Shown: positions 1 to 12,496 of the stretch, piece by piece
Layout of the letters: each line of letters starts with the position of its first letter
How positions within the stretch are numbered: the stretch's first letter is position 1
Assembly (NCBI RefSeq): GCF_006345805.1
Contig: NC_042997.1
Span: forward strand, 930,001 to 994,000
Origin: Octopus sinensis
Taxonomy: Eukaryota
DNA: 64,000 nucleotides
Direction of reading: 5' to 3'
Program-made: the position numbers and the translations under genes
The notes under the pieces: model-generated
The model's input: only the letters and a program-made list of their open reading frames with translations
Databases searched by the model: none
Told to the model about the DNA's origin: nothing

Positions 1-176
1 TTTTATTGCATAATTTTACAACTGTTTGGTCGACACTTTATCATAAGTTTATTGCTCGAAAAGCGTCATATGGCATGATAAATGATGCATGCGATTAGCA
101 TTACGCCAGTAGTACTGGGATATATTTACTACTCTGCGGATACATACATACATACATACATATATTATCTATATAT

Positions 177-226
<50 letters not shown>

Positions 227-506
227 TTAGCATTAAGGACAACTACTTAATAGGAAAACTTAACAAGAAATTGTCAGGTAGATAGCGTGAAAACCTCATA
301 AGAGAAAAAATTTCGAAAATATTATTTCTTATTGAACATATTAATTTATATATAGAGGGCATTATACATACATGCCAGAGGGCATTATACTACATGCCAG
401 AGTGCATTATACATACATCCCCACGCTAGAGGGCAATTAGTCATTTCTACCAAAATATTACTAATCCCACCGATGCAATTTTTCAAGTAAGACATTTAAA
501 AAATAT

Positions 507-553
507 AGACATGTATCACAGTGATTTCATACTTACGTATTCATCAGCAGGCT
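507..553 (-). ncRNA. Type I hammerhead ribozyme motif, family 1, stem I damaged
   Basis: Minus strand AGCCTG-CTGATGA-ATAC GTAA GTAT-GAAA-TCACTGTGA-TA-CATGTCT. Core intact; stem I has a mismatch and a 1-nt deletion relative to the 1151 copy. Confidence 0.6.
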
Positions 554-1150
554 GAATGTATCATAAATAAACGACCCTGCCCCGTTAAGCCGATCAGCTA
601 CTGATCACATCAACGAAGCACATGGGTGAGTTTACATATATTACATCCTGTAAATGCATACTTTTACGAATTGCATTTCGGGAAAGGAAAAGTTTTTTCG
701 GAATAAAAAATTTAGCAATTAAGGACAACTACTTATAAGGAAAACTTAACAAGAAATTGTCAGGTAGATAGCGTGAAAACCTCATAAGAGAAAAAATTTC
801 GAAAATAATTATTTCTTATTGAACATATTAATTTATATATAGAGGGCATTATACATACATGCCAGAGGGCATTGTACATACATGCCACACGCTAAGACGG
901 ACAATTAGTCATTTCTACCAAAAATATTACTAATCCCACCGAATGCAATTTTTCAAAGTAAGACATTTAAAAAATATAGAACTGTATCACAGTGATTTCA
1001 TACTTATGCAAATGCAATTCGTAATGCAATTCGTAAAAGTATGCCATTTACAGGATGTAATATATGTAAACTCACCCATGTGCTTCGTTGATGTTGATCA
1101 GTTAGCTGATCGGCTTAAGCGGGACAGGGTCATTTATTTATGATACATTC

Positions 1151-1198
1151 AGGCCTGCTGATGAATACGTAAGTATGAAATCACTGTGATACAGGTCT
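1151..1198 (+). ncRNA. Type I hammerhead ribozyme motif, family 1
   Basis: AGGCCTG (stem I) CTGATGA, ATAC-GTAA-GTAT (stem II, GNRA loop), GAAA, TCAC-T-GTGA (stem III), cleavage triplet ATA ending 1191, CAGGTCT (stem I partner, 7 bp including one G-U). Confidence 0.85.
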
Positions 1199-1619
1199 AT
1201 ATTTTTTAAATGTCTTACTTTGAAAAATTGCATTCGTGGGATTAGTAATATTTTTGGTAGAAATGACTAATTGTCCTCTTAGCGTGTGGCATGTATGTAT
1301 AATGCCCTCTGGCATGTATGTATAATGCCCTCTATATATAAATTAATATGTCAATAAGAAATATTATTTTCGAAATTTTTTCTCTTATGAGGTTTTCACC
1401 TATCTACCTGACAATTTCTTGTTAAGTTTTCCTTATTAAGTAGTTGGTCCTTAATTGCTAAATTTTTATTCCGAAAAAACTTTTCCTTTCCCGAAATCAA
1501 TTCGTAAAAGTATGCCATTTACAGGAGGTATATATGTAAACTCACCCATGTGCTTCGTTGATGTTGATCAGTTAGCTGATCGGCTTAAGCGGGCAGGGTC
1601 GTTTATTTATGATACATTC

Positions 1620-1667
1620 AGGCCTGCTGATGAATACTTAAGTATGAAATCACTGTGATACAGGTCT
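1620..1667 (+). ncRNA. Type I hammerhead ribozyme motif, family 1
   Basis: Same fold as 1151-1198 with stem II loop TTAA. Predicted cleavage after 1660, 469 nt from the previous site. Confidence 0.85.
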
Positions 1668-1827
1668 ATATTTTTTAAATGTCTTACTTTGAAAAATTGC
1701 ATTCGGTGGGATTAGTATATTTTTGGTAGAAATGACTAATTGTCCTCTTAGCGTGTGGCATGTATGTATAATGCCCTCTGGAATGTATGTAAATGCCCTC
1801 TATATATAAATATATATATATATATAT

Positions 1828-2096
1828 CCGTAATAATGAAGGGTGAAATTAATTATTGGAAAATTATCAATTACACCAAGTAGTCTTCGGCATGTAAAAG
1901 CCTCATTCGAGGAAAATTTAAGTATTACTAAGCAATAAAGGTTTAGAACGAGTTGCCTTACACATACCGAATTTAGAAATAGCAGTCAAAGGGTTATAGC
2001 TATTTCTTTATAGAAGAAATAGCCTATAACCCTTTGACTGCTATTTCTAAATTCGGTATGTGGTAAGGCAACTCGTTGCTAAACCCTTATTGCTTA

Positions 2097-2099
<3 letters not shown>
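1828..2099. repeat. (TA)n-embedded element with ~83-bp palindromic arms
   Basis: 1926-2007 and 2015-2099 are near-perfect reverse complements around a 7-nt spacer. Contains AGAAATAGCAGTC and resembles 29221-29275. Confidence 0.8.
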
Positions 2100-2134
<35 letters not shown>

Positions 2135-2214
2135 ATGTTAGGGAATATCATTCCAAACTTACAGGGAAAAATTCAATTTAGTAGTACTAAATCGAATTCA
2201 CAATAATAATATAT

Positions 2215-2259
<45 letters not shown>

Positions 2260-2849
2260 GAGCAAAGCCACTATTAAGCAATTCGTCTGAACCCCGAAAC
2301 CATACGTTTGGGAAGCAAGCTTCTTACCTCTTGCGTACATATATGCATATGTGTGTGCGTTTGCGTGCGTATGTGTGTGTACCTGTGTGCATGTATACAT
2401 ATATTACTAAATAAAACATATGCATATATATATACATATATGTACGTACCTACCTCTACATGTATATATAAACGCATATATGAGTACAGGACACCAAAAA
2501 AACGTCGAACACAATGAGAAACGAAAACATAGACACAAACCGAAGTAATACTAAGCAATATATATATATAAAATAGAGTACAGGACAAATAACACAAGGA
2601 AAAAAACCCTTCTTCAGTCGCCATGGTTTCATCTATTCTACGTTTCGAAGGTGAAGGCGAGACGTATCTTCGATAGAAACTTGTAAAATGTAAAATGTCG
2701 TGTCCATTAAGACAACTGCACTCCCTTTAGAATAACACAAATACACACGCAAATATTACATTCCTAAGAATCCAATAAAATCGGCCCCAATCACAGCTGT
2801 AACCCCTAACGTGCCAACTTTAAGTCATACAACACCTCACCACTTCCAC

Positions 2850-2930
2850 TCATTCATATTCTCCCTTCTCTTCTTCTTCTTCTTCTTCTTCTTCTTCTTC
2901 TTCTTCTTCATCTTCATCATCATCATTATC

Positions 2931-2962
<32 letters not shown>

Positions 2963-3049
2963 CTTCTTCTTCATCTTCATCATCATCATTATCATCATCA
3001 TCATCACCATCATCATCATCTTCATCTTCTTCATCATCATCATCATCAG

Positions 3050-3085
<36 letters not shown>

Positions 3086-3127
3086 CATCTTCTTCTTCTT
3101 CTTCTTCTTCTTCTTCTTCTTCTTCTG
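2850..3127. repeat. Compound (TCT)n/(TCA)n microsatellite with internal duplication
   Basis: Direct reading; it produces the poly-E/D, poly-M and poly-F/I ORFs in the track. Confidence 0.9.
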
Positions 3128-3569
3128 TTACTTCTCCCCTTCTACTTTCTAACTTTATCACTAATGCTTTTTAGTATAACACCTACGCAAATTCTATAAA
3201 CAAACCTTTCAATAGAAATATTCTCATGAATTGAACAGCAACTGCTAGCCGCCACTGACCACTCAAAATACGACAATCAAAGCACTCCCAAATCCCCCCT
3301 TCTCCTCATCCTTCTTCTTCTTCTTCTTCCCTACCAAGAATTCACAACGATCTCGAACCCACAAGTGAGACAGAGAAAGGCAGAAATAAGGAAAATGCCA
3401 CTTATATTTGAACACTATACAAATATTCTTTTCAAAAAACTTTTCTTTTAATTTTTCTAAAGTTTATTATTTAATCGATACAGTTGAAAAGGTCTCAAAA
3501 TGACTGATACCGGTACTGAAATGTTCTTTATAAAATTATTTTAGCATTTTCTGTCTTGACTTGTTTTTT

Positions 3570-3614
<45 letters not shown>

Positions 3615-3816
3615 GCATATACATATGCACTCATACACATATACATGTATATATATATACATGTATATATATATACATTTATATATATATATATATATAT
3701 ATACATACAGAGAGAAATATAGAGAGAGAGAGGTATGGGTGGATGTGAACTAGAGGGGATATTTATGTGTGGGTGTGAGGGAGTGTGTTTGTACGTATTA
3801 TTGAATGTATGATAAT

Positions 3817-3832
3817 TATATATATATTATAT

Positions 3833-3925
<93 letters not shown>
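3817..3925. repeat. (TA)n microsatellite
   Basis: Direct reading. Confidence 0.9.
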
Positions 3926-3927
<2 letters not shown>

Positions 3928-5059
3928 TCAATAAATGGTGGGGTTGTGTTGACCACACGTGGAGAAATGATAAGCAATGAAAAATTGTAAAAAGCAGAAT
4001 GCTCGATTGAAAAATTTAATGAATTGAGAAAATGCAAAAATATATAAATATATATTTATTCAAACCGGTTTTCGTCATAGTTTGACAAGGTTTTTTAAAA
4101 ATGAGAAAGGGGAAAAAAAGTTGCATTGTTTTTTGCAAAAGAATAATAGTAGTAAATATGTATGAAAATTAAAAAATAAGTACTCTGATACATTGTGAGT
4201 TCGTTGTGTATCTTGAGTTTAATGATTGTTCATGAAAAAATTACCTTGAGGCATTAGGATCCAATGGGATTAAGGCCATGTGTTGTTATATATACATATA
4301 AAACACGCTTCTATAAAGAAACATTCTTATGCATTTTACACCTCATTGATACCATTAATACCACCACCACAGACACACACCTAAAATATAGAAAGTGACT
4401 AAATGGAAGAATCTGAAAAAACACCTGGTCATTGAATTACTGACGGAAGGCGAAATATTAAAACGTTTTCACAAAATACTGCTTTAGCATTCCACCACCT
4501 CCCAACTCCACCTCCAATCAATTATCTTGTGTTGACCATTCACTACTTTCTTTCAGCTGTCATTCAAAAATAGTCTTTCACTCCCTCGCTGATTAACAAA
4601 CCTCAACGTCACCCCAAACATCCATATATAGAATCACGAAACCCCAAATCCTCAGATGTATTTCACAACGAATTCGATAAAGTTCTCCAAAGAAGCTAAC
4701 AAGAAGACCTTTTTATAAAAATTTCCATACCCAAGTTAGCAAAGAACTTACTAAATCTATCAACTGAAATTTATATTATTGAAAAAAAAAAATAAATAAA
4801 TTAAACTGATTAGAACTATCAGAGTCCGTAATGTCCACGTAATTTCGCCCACTTATCTCCGATACTAGTCCAGACTGGCTGGGCCGAATTAAGCCAAAAG
4901 CATTAAGCCGGGCTCTGACTGAAGAGATAATTGGCTGCGAATGAATGATCCGTATATCTTGTGTTGTCCTTCTTTCTGCATGTTATGCTTTGAGGGTTTC
5001 TGTTTGTGTTTTTTTTCTATTCTCCCTTTGATTTATCCATGCAGCGCTAAATACAACAC

Positions 5060-5188
5060 ATTTAATTTATATATACATATTAAGGTGTTTTCGCTCAATA
5101 AACACTCACAACACCCGGTCTGGGAATCGAAACCGTGATCCTGCGAACGCGAGTCCGCTGCCCTAACCACTCTGCCATTGCGCCTCCA
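5060..5188 (-). mobile_element. tRNA-derived SINE head
   Basis: Minus strand GGAGGCGCAATGGCAGAGTGGTTAGGGCAGCGGACTCG...GGTTTCGATTCC gives pol III A- and B-box-like motifs followed by non-tRNA body; no complete cloverleaf. Confidence 0.7.
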
Positions 5189-5199
5189 CACACACACAT

Positions 5200-5261
<62 letters not shown>

Positions 5262-6239
5262 ATACATACAGGGGTATCTTTATATGTATGCACATCGATA
5301 TATTTATAAATACGCGAGGAAGATACATTCATACTTATAATTCTGATCACAAGAACGCTCATACGCGTATTGTCTTATTTATGTAGGCAGACATAATTGT
5401 ACATATAATGTATATAGTTAGATGACCAATATTTCCTATCGGAACGCACACATAAGTTTTGACTAATGTAAATCAATCATAAAAACTATGAAAGCAACAG
5501 TCTCCTATATATGTTAGAAACTACAAAGCACCTTCTCGCTCACTCTGTCATCTGCACGCATAATATATATTTATCTATCTCTTTCTCTCTCTCTATATAT
5601 ATATATGTATAAACATCACACACACATACACACACACACACACACACGAACGCGGCATCACACACACACACACATACACACACATATACTCAGATGCTTG
5701 TGAATGTTTGTGCCTTTGAAAATAGGGAAATCAGGAACATATGAAGTAAAATCTCTACATCATATTACGAACTGCGATCCTTGGAACTTTACTCTGAATT
5801 TCAAATTGACAATTATTCCAGCGTTTGAACAACGGAAGCAGCCTGGCAATATATAAGCAAGGATATTCTTAAATATCGAAATGCGATCAATTATGTAGAT
5901 GTGATGGGTTGCGAAAAACCACGTATGAAATTTATCAAACGTTCACCTATTCAATTGTTACACACAAAGCACGTGATACTTTAATCTATTCACATTCGAA
6001 AACGTGTGATATTTCAGCGTTTTCAAACGCTTACGCAGAAATCGTACAAAAACAGAGAATATAGCTAATATTAATGCATTATTAGCGTTGGCAGATACCC
6101 GAATCTTGCTTTTTCAAGCTCAAGATATATAGACGTTGTTGCCTCTTTTTTATGTATGTTCCCCAATGTTAGGACTTAGATATTCCATATGGAAACTAAA
6201 GTTCTAGGTATTGATTTTAGTTAAGCGGTAACTTATATA

Positions 6240-6452
6240 TACTTTTCTACTCTAGGCACAAGGCCCTAAATTTTGTGGGGATGGGTCCAGTCGATTAAGT
6301 GTACTCAGTAATCAACTGGTACTTAATTTATCGACCCCGATAGGATAAAAGGCAAAGTCGACCTCGTCGGAATTTGAACTCAGAAAATAAAGGCAGACGA
6401 AATACTGCTATGCATTTCGCCCGGCATGCTAACGTTTCCGCCAGCGCGCCAA
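6240..6452 (-). mobile_element. tRNA-derived SINE (abundant family, also at 42133, 42360, 59715)
   Basis: Minus strand GAAACGTTAGCATGCCGGGCGAAATGC...GAGTTCAAATTCC...GTCGACTTTGCCTTTTATCC; homologous copies elsewhere in the window. Confidence 0.75.
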
Positions 6453-6893
6453 CGTATATATTGAAGGTTTCTCTGTTTAACCCTCTCCTTTAGGGATGTG
6501 TAAAAAATAATCTTGGAAGAGTTTCTGTTATACCTTCATAGAAAACAAACCATGAAAAGTCATTGACATTGCCATATAATGTTCTCTAAAGAGAATGACC
6601 AAACACTATTATCGGTTCTGTTGTGCGAGAATGACTTCATCGGTCGTTTAATGATTACATCTAACTTCATGTACCTTTTCTATAAGATGAAATTTTGTGA
6701 GATTTTTTTTTGGTAGTGATCTGTTTTTTTTTTTTTAAATCTTAAAATGATAGCATCATTTAATTATGCGGGTACACAACCTTGCTTCCAATTACAGAAA
6801 ATGAATTTTAATGAGAAGCAATTGACACACTCAATTAAATATGTATACTTCTTAGCATCGCTTATACGTGTCTATATAGATAGGCATGCATAT

Positions 6894-7150
6894 ATACTTT
6901 GATACTTTGATACTTTGATAGGTTTCGGCCATTATTGGCCCAGACCATGTCTAACTTAATAGCACCACCTGGTGAAATCTTTCAAGTCAGAATTTGGGCA
7001 CTATGGCCCACTCAAGTAGATAGTTATTGTTTACAGAGACATATCCGGGTGTAGGGGGTTTATCCGGGATTTCTTGAAGGAATCTGTCCAAAGACTTCTT
7101 GAACCCTATAGGGTCAGTTTCTGTTTTAATGTATTTTGGTGTAATGTTAA
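6894..7150 (-). mobile_element. 3' end of a CR1-group LINE, 5'-truncated
   Basis: Peptide [16 protein letters not shown] resembles the C-terminus of the 14.8-18.5 kb LINE (FKMKLDLFLSGIPDEP). Ends in a GGCCA-ATAA-TGGCC hairpin, GAAAC and a 3-copy 8-bp tail. Confidence 0.7.
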
Positions 7151-7274
7151 AGAGAGCGACATATATGATGATATAGGTATGCATACATATGTATCTGTAT
7201 ATCTTTCTATATATTTACATGTAAATGTCATTTTTGTGTATATTGAACAACTCATGGTCGTGTCCATGAACATC

Positions 7275-7280
7275 TATCTG

Positions 7281-7339
<59 letters not shown>

Positions 7340-7352
7340 GTCTCTATCTATC

Positions 7353-7399
<47 letters not shown>

Positions 7400-7485
7400 G
7401 CCTGTCTTTCTGTCTGTCTGTCTGTCTGCCTGTCTCTCTCTCTCTGTCTTCTGTCTGTCTGTCTATCTATCTATCTATCAACATG

Positions 7486-7525
<40 letters not shown>

Positions 7526-7587
7526 ATCTATCTATCTATCCATCCATCCATCCATCATCTATCTATCTATCTATCTATCTATCCATC

Positions 7588-7635
<48 letters not shown>

Positions 7636-7645
7636 ATCTATCTAC
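7275..7645. repeat. (CTAT)n/(CTGT)n/(CCAT)n compound microsatellite
   Basis: Direct reading; source of the YLSI-repeat ORFs. Confidence 0.9.
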
Positions 7646-8237
7646 CAACCAGCATGTGTGCATACGTATATATGCACAAAAAGAGAAGCAAAGACACACA
7701 TATGCACAAACATATGTATGTGTGCATGTGAATGTGTGTGTGTGTGTGTATAGTAGTAAATGTAAGGATAATCAATTTAGGCAAGTCGATGTACAAAAAA
7801 TAGTACACACATTTAAAACGAAATGTATACATATGTTTACATACAAAAAGTTCCGAATTGCACGGAATAGAAATGATATCAGGAATTAAGGGGTGAATAG
7901 CAGATTTACGAGTTCAAAAGCGGTTTCTAGGGGCTTCGTGGTCCGAAATAATGATTGTAAATTGATTCCATCATAGACTAATACAAGTCTCCGTCTTCAG
8001 AGGACTTTTACATTTGAGGTGTTGACAGAAAGGAGATTAGGGATGGAATAATTTGGTGGAGAAGAAACTGTATTAGAATGAGAACTTGGGAGGTATTTTC
8101 ATAGAGAATAGTGGGAGGAGCAAATCGATTTCAGGGTTTGGGGTTATTAATGAGGTCCGTAGGGAGTCGTAGTAGTAGAGATGGAAGTGGGAGAAAAAGG
8201 GAAGGGTGGTTTAAATCTCTTGAGCACTATGACTTGT

Positions 8238-8319
<82 letters not shown>

Positions 8320-8321
<2 letters not shown>

Positions 8322-8463
8322 AACGGGCTTCTATCATTTTCTGTCAAACAAATCCACTTACAATTCTTTAGTCAGCCCGAGCTTATAGTAGTAGACACTT
8401 AACCAAGGTCGCAATGGGAATGAACACGGAATCATGTGGCTTGGAGTCACAGCCATGCCTGCG
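8320..8463 (-). mobile_element. Degenerate 5' half of the SINE family seen at 9134 and 29792
   Basis: Reverse-complement similarity to GCAGGAGTGGCTGTG...CTACTATAG...GAAGCCCGT. Confidence 0.55.
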
Positions 8464-8589
8464 CATATATATATATGTGTGTGTATTTGTGTGCATGTGA
8501 GTGTGTGCGCGCGCGTGAATGTATGTATGTATATATATATATATGCTGATGACTGATAAAAACTTAACGGTTTTATCCTTTATCATATG

Positions 8590-8646
<57 letters not shown>

Positions 8647-8677
8647 GTGTGTATGTGTGTATATATATATAAAATAA

Positions 8678-8750
<73 letters not shown>

Positions 8751-8751
<1 letters not shown>

Positions 8752-9067
8752 AATTCAACAACAATTAGAACGGCCACAATAGGCCGTTCGACCCACTAGA
8801 AATAGCAGCCAGGGCTCCAACCGCAAATAGTAGTAATTCCGAATCTAAGGAAAAATTAAAAAAACATTTACCTTAGATTTCGGAATTACTACTATTTGCG
8901 GTTGGAGCCCTGGCTGCTATTTCTTGTGGGTCGAACAGCCTATTGTGGCCGTTCCTTAATTGTTGTTGAATTTACTCATAGTCTCTGACTATTTCCTCTT
9001 TCTCACTAGACCGCTGGTGGCAAAATAATTTCTATTGAATTTTTTGTTACCCTAAATTGATTAATTG

Positions 9068-9070
<3 letters not shown>
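8751..9070. repeat. Snap-back palindromic element related to the family 2 unit
   Basis: Arms 8751-8850 and 8871-8973 are reverse complements around a 20-nt spacer. 8974-9070 aligns with the family 2 unit start. Flanked by (TA)n on both sides. Confidence 0.8.
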
Positions 9071-9125
<55 letters not shown>

Positions 9126-9133
9126 TAATAGAT

Positions 9134-9563
9134 AGGCGCAGGAGTGACTGTGTGGTAAGAAGCTTGCTCCCCAACCGCATAGTTCTGAGTTCAGTCCTAC
9201 TGGTGGGCACCTTGGGCAAGTTTCTTCCTACTATAGCCTCGGACCGACCAAAACCTTGTGAGCGGATATGGTAAACGAAATGGAAAGAAGCCCGTCTTTC
9301 ACACACGCACATACACATACATACGCACACATACATATATAGTTATGTATATATGCTTGTGTGTTTGAATGTCTTTGTTTATCTCCCCACCATCACTTGA
9401 CAACGGATGCTCGTGTGTTTACGTCCCTGTATTTTAGCAGTTCGGCCAAGAGGCCGATAGAATTAGTACTAGGCTTACGAAGAAGTTCTATGGTCGATTT
9501 GTTCGACTAAAGGCGGTGCTCCGACGTAGCCGCAGTCAAATGACTGTAACAAGTAAAAGAATA
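9134..9563 (+). mobile_element. tRNA-derived SINE with internal microsatellite and LINE-like tail
   Basis: Head AGGCGCAGGAGTG...TGGTAAG...GAGTTCAGTCC; tail GGCGGTGCTCC...CAGTCAAATGACTG; homologous to 29792-30215. Confidence 0.8.
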
Positions 9564-9761
9564 CCCCAATATGGAATAGTGAGAATGACTCCTCAAGAGC
9601 ACATTGACGGATGAATATTCTTTATTTTGGGGCTAACGATGTTACCAATTGTTTTTCCATTCTGGAAACGAGTACCAACTCTCTCATATGGTATACATGA
9701 ACAATTGTAGATATCTCTCCATATGTGTGTATGTATATGCATATATATGAACATAAATATA

Positions 9762-9870
<109 letters not shown>

Positions 9871-10394
9871 ACTCGCTCCTACAAAGATAATATATAAATA
9901 TAGATGTATATACTTATATATGTATGTATATGTGTGCATACATAAACACACTCACATATATGTATGTATTTTAATTCAATCTAAATGTCCAGTGGAGTGC
10001 TTTCAACTTAACTTTCATATCTGTATCTGTCCGTGGTAGAAAGCAACTAAAGCATTGGTGAAAAAACAAATATATATGTATGTATTGGTCTCCTTCCCCA
10101 TTCTTTTCCACCGTCCACTTTGCAGCTCTCCTCTTTTTCCCCCCATCATATATCATGCCAACATTCCAAATAACACAATATAAGTGCTTTTTCATTCATT
10201 GAAATATCTCCTATTCAATTTCTTGCAGTATGCCATTGCAAACACTAACGCTCAATGCACGTACAAACAGTTCTCTTCACACACAAACACACACACACAC
10301 ACACACACACACCACACACACTACCACAAAAAGTCGAACTTCGAGAAATTAATACGCGTTCACTAGCACGCACTCAGAAATACGCGCAGGCACA

Positions 10395-10425
<31 letters not shown>

Positions 10426-11290
10426 TCAAACACACATGCATAAGCACGCACATATGCCATACGCACTTAGCAACTGTCTTCAAACCATTATGCAAACACA
10501 ATCTAGTCCCCATCTCACCTCTTAACTTCTAACACTCCTTTATAAAACGTTAGGAATTTGACCACAATAACCCTAATATATTGTTATTCACTTCCTTCAA
10601 TCTTTACACGTTTCACAGATACACAGATATAGAAATGCATTTCGACCATAACCATTCAGTTCCACTTATTCAAACACAGACTCGCTGACTTTAAAAGCAA
10701 TACTCACAGACACAGTCATACACAATATGTCTTCCAACAGCACTTACTGGCATTATCAACTCTGTCGCTAAAAATCAAGTAAGCCCATCTTCTTTTTTGT
10801 CAATGACACTGTCACAACTCGTCGAAAGTTAAGAGTAAATGTGACCCTCTTTTTACAGATATTTTGAATCACGTTGTATCTAAGATAATGTTTCGAGGAG
10901 AAGAGCATGTGTGTATGGGTTTTTGTGACTATGTATTGTGTCTGTATGTATGGGTGTGTAACTCCATATGTGTGGTTGTGTCTTATGTTTTTCCCTTTAC
11001 ATACATAACGAAAGCTTGCAAATATAGTAGAGCTCCAAGCAATGTGATATATACTGGAATTGGATCTTTGTGGGTTTCGTCGCTTTTTACAATTTTCTTC
11101 AAAAATATTTTTAACGTATCATGCAGATATAATTTTTGACGTTCAACCCGAATTTGTGATTTATTTATTCCTGAAAAATTTTGCAAAAATGTTACAGGCG
11201 TTCAAAGTTTGATAATATTCAGAATTTTCAGCCAATTAGAAAACAGTGCGTTCGCTGCCTCTGCCATCGTGCATGAAAACATTCGCGAGC

Positions 11291-11448
11291 AAATTAAATA
11301 TTTAAAAGCTACGAACAAACCAACAGGAGTTGCTAGAAATAATGTTGAAAACAGTAAAATATACACGAACAAAGTTAACATTAAAACATTTGAAAGTAAA
11401 TTAAATATTTAAAAGCGATGAATAAACCAACAGGAGTTGCTAGAAGCA
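11291..11448. repeat. Imperfect ~50-bp direct repeat inside an unclassified interspersed repeat
   Basis: AAATTAAATATTTAAAAGC...AAACCAACAGGAGTTGCTAGAA at 11291 and ~11397. A second imperfect pair (TGGTTA.TATGGAAA...TCTTCGC) lies at ~11638 and ~11700. Confidence 0.6.
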
Positions 11449-12440
11449 ACAGTCAAAACATTGTTTAAAACAGACATTTATTAATTTAAAAAACTCAAGA
11501 ACGAAAGTTTGCAATACACTCTTAGATTTTATAAAATTAATGATCTGTCTGGTATCTCCTTCTCCACATGAGTTCACAAAGATAAGATTCAACCATTGAA
11601 CGGTGGTCCCACTCCTCGTGCGCATGCGCGGTATCCTTGGTTAATATGGAAAGATAGTTCTTCGCAATCTGCTATGCAACGCATGGTCCTTCTTTGCTTT
11701 GGTTACTATGGAAAAAGTAATCTTCGCCATGGTGATGTGTAAAACACATGTTTCTGATTGGCTAAAATACCCAAATGTTGCAAATTTTGAGGCTAATAAC
11801 ACTTTTATTATGGATTTATAGGAAAAATGAATTCCATTTTCATAATTAGCATACGGAACTTAATCAATATACCAAATTTATAAACAATTGGATCAAAATT
11901 GTAAACAGTGACGAAAATCACAAAGATTCCTGGAGTATGATACTGATCAGAAAAATAATGCATTTAAAATAATTGTGGAAACTAGTACAGTATTTAAACA
12001 AACATTATTTCAAAGAAAGTTGTATAAGTGAAATATCATTGAAGATCCTCTTTTCATTTTGTAATCAGTTAAGTAGAATTTATGTTTATAATAATGCATA
12101 CTTTTAAGAAGCAAACCTCGAAGTACTTTTTGTATGGCTACTGAAAGACCTGCAATTTCGTCAGTGAAAACTGCAAAAAGTCTAGCTAAAAATTAACGTG
12201 AGGAGGCAAAATGAAAAATAAAAAACAACAAAAAGAAAGTAAAACGGAATCTTTATCTACAACTTCTATAGTGTTGATTTGCACTGGATGCTACAGTCCT
12301 GATGGAAGTGACATAAATTTGTTCATCTGAATATTGTGGGTTTCTTCATCGAAAATTTATCATGAATTTATTTGATTCCTTTCATTTTAGGTTCGAAAAT
12401 TCCAGGCATTCACAGCACTGATATATTATATATATATTAT

Positions 12441-12473
<33 letters not shown>

Positions 12474-12496
12474 TATCTATATATATATATATATAT

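Larger units (their letters stand above)
226..1810. mobile_element. HHR-bearing tandem/foldback repeat array, family 1 (unit ~470-485 bp), retrozyme-like or PLE terminal-repeat derived
   Basis: Unit start TTTAGCA(A)TTAAGGAC recurs at 226 and 711. The second unit breaks at ~1006, then the reverse complement runs ~1023-1810 (~1.65 units). Both outer ends abut (TA)n. No coding capacity. Classification is inference from the HHR plus tandem structure. Confidence 0.8.

Noticed and set aside
2600-2690. GAAA-CG-TA and CTGAAGA on the minus strand
   Set aside because: The motifs are in the wrong order for type I and no stem II can be formed.
2850-3161. Acidic poly-E/D ORF of 103 aa on the minus strand
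   Set aside because: It is a pure translation of a trinucleotide microsatellite, with no flanking coding signal.
4060-4095. HHR-like half on the minus strand: GTCA-AACTA-TGAC-GAAA-ACCGGTT
   Set aside because: CTGANGA is absent and no stem I partner exists; at most an unrecognisable relic.
5130-5188. Possible tRNA gene
   Set aside because: It has A/B boxes but no complete cloverleaf and continues into repeat body, so it is a SINE head.
7960-8005. CTGAAGA plus a small hairpin on the minus strand in a PLE-terminal-looking repeat
   Set aside because: No GAAA, and no stem III or stem I pairing could be built.
11618-11632. TGCGCATGCGCG, an NRF1-like site
   Set aside because: A single short motif inside a probable repeat, with no promoter or gene nearby.
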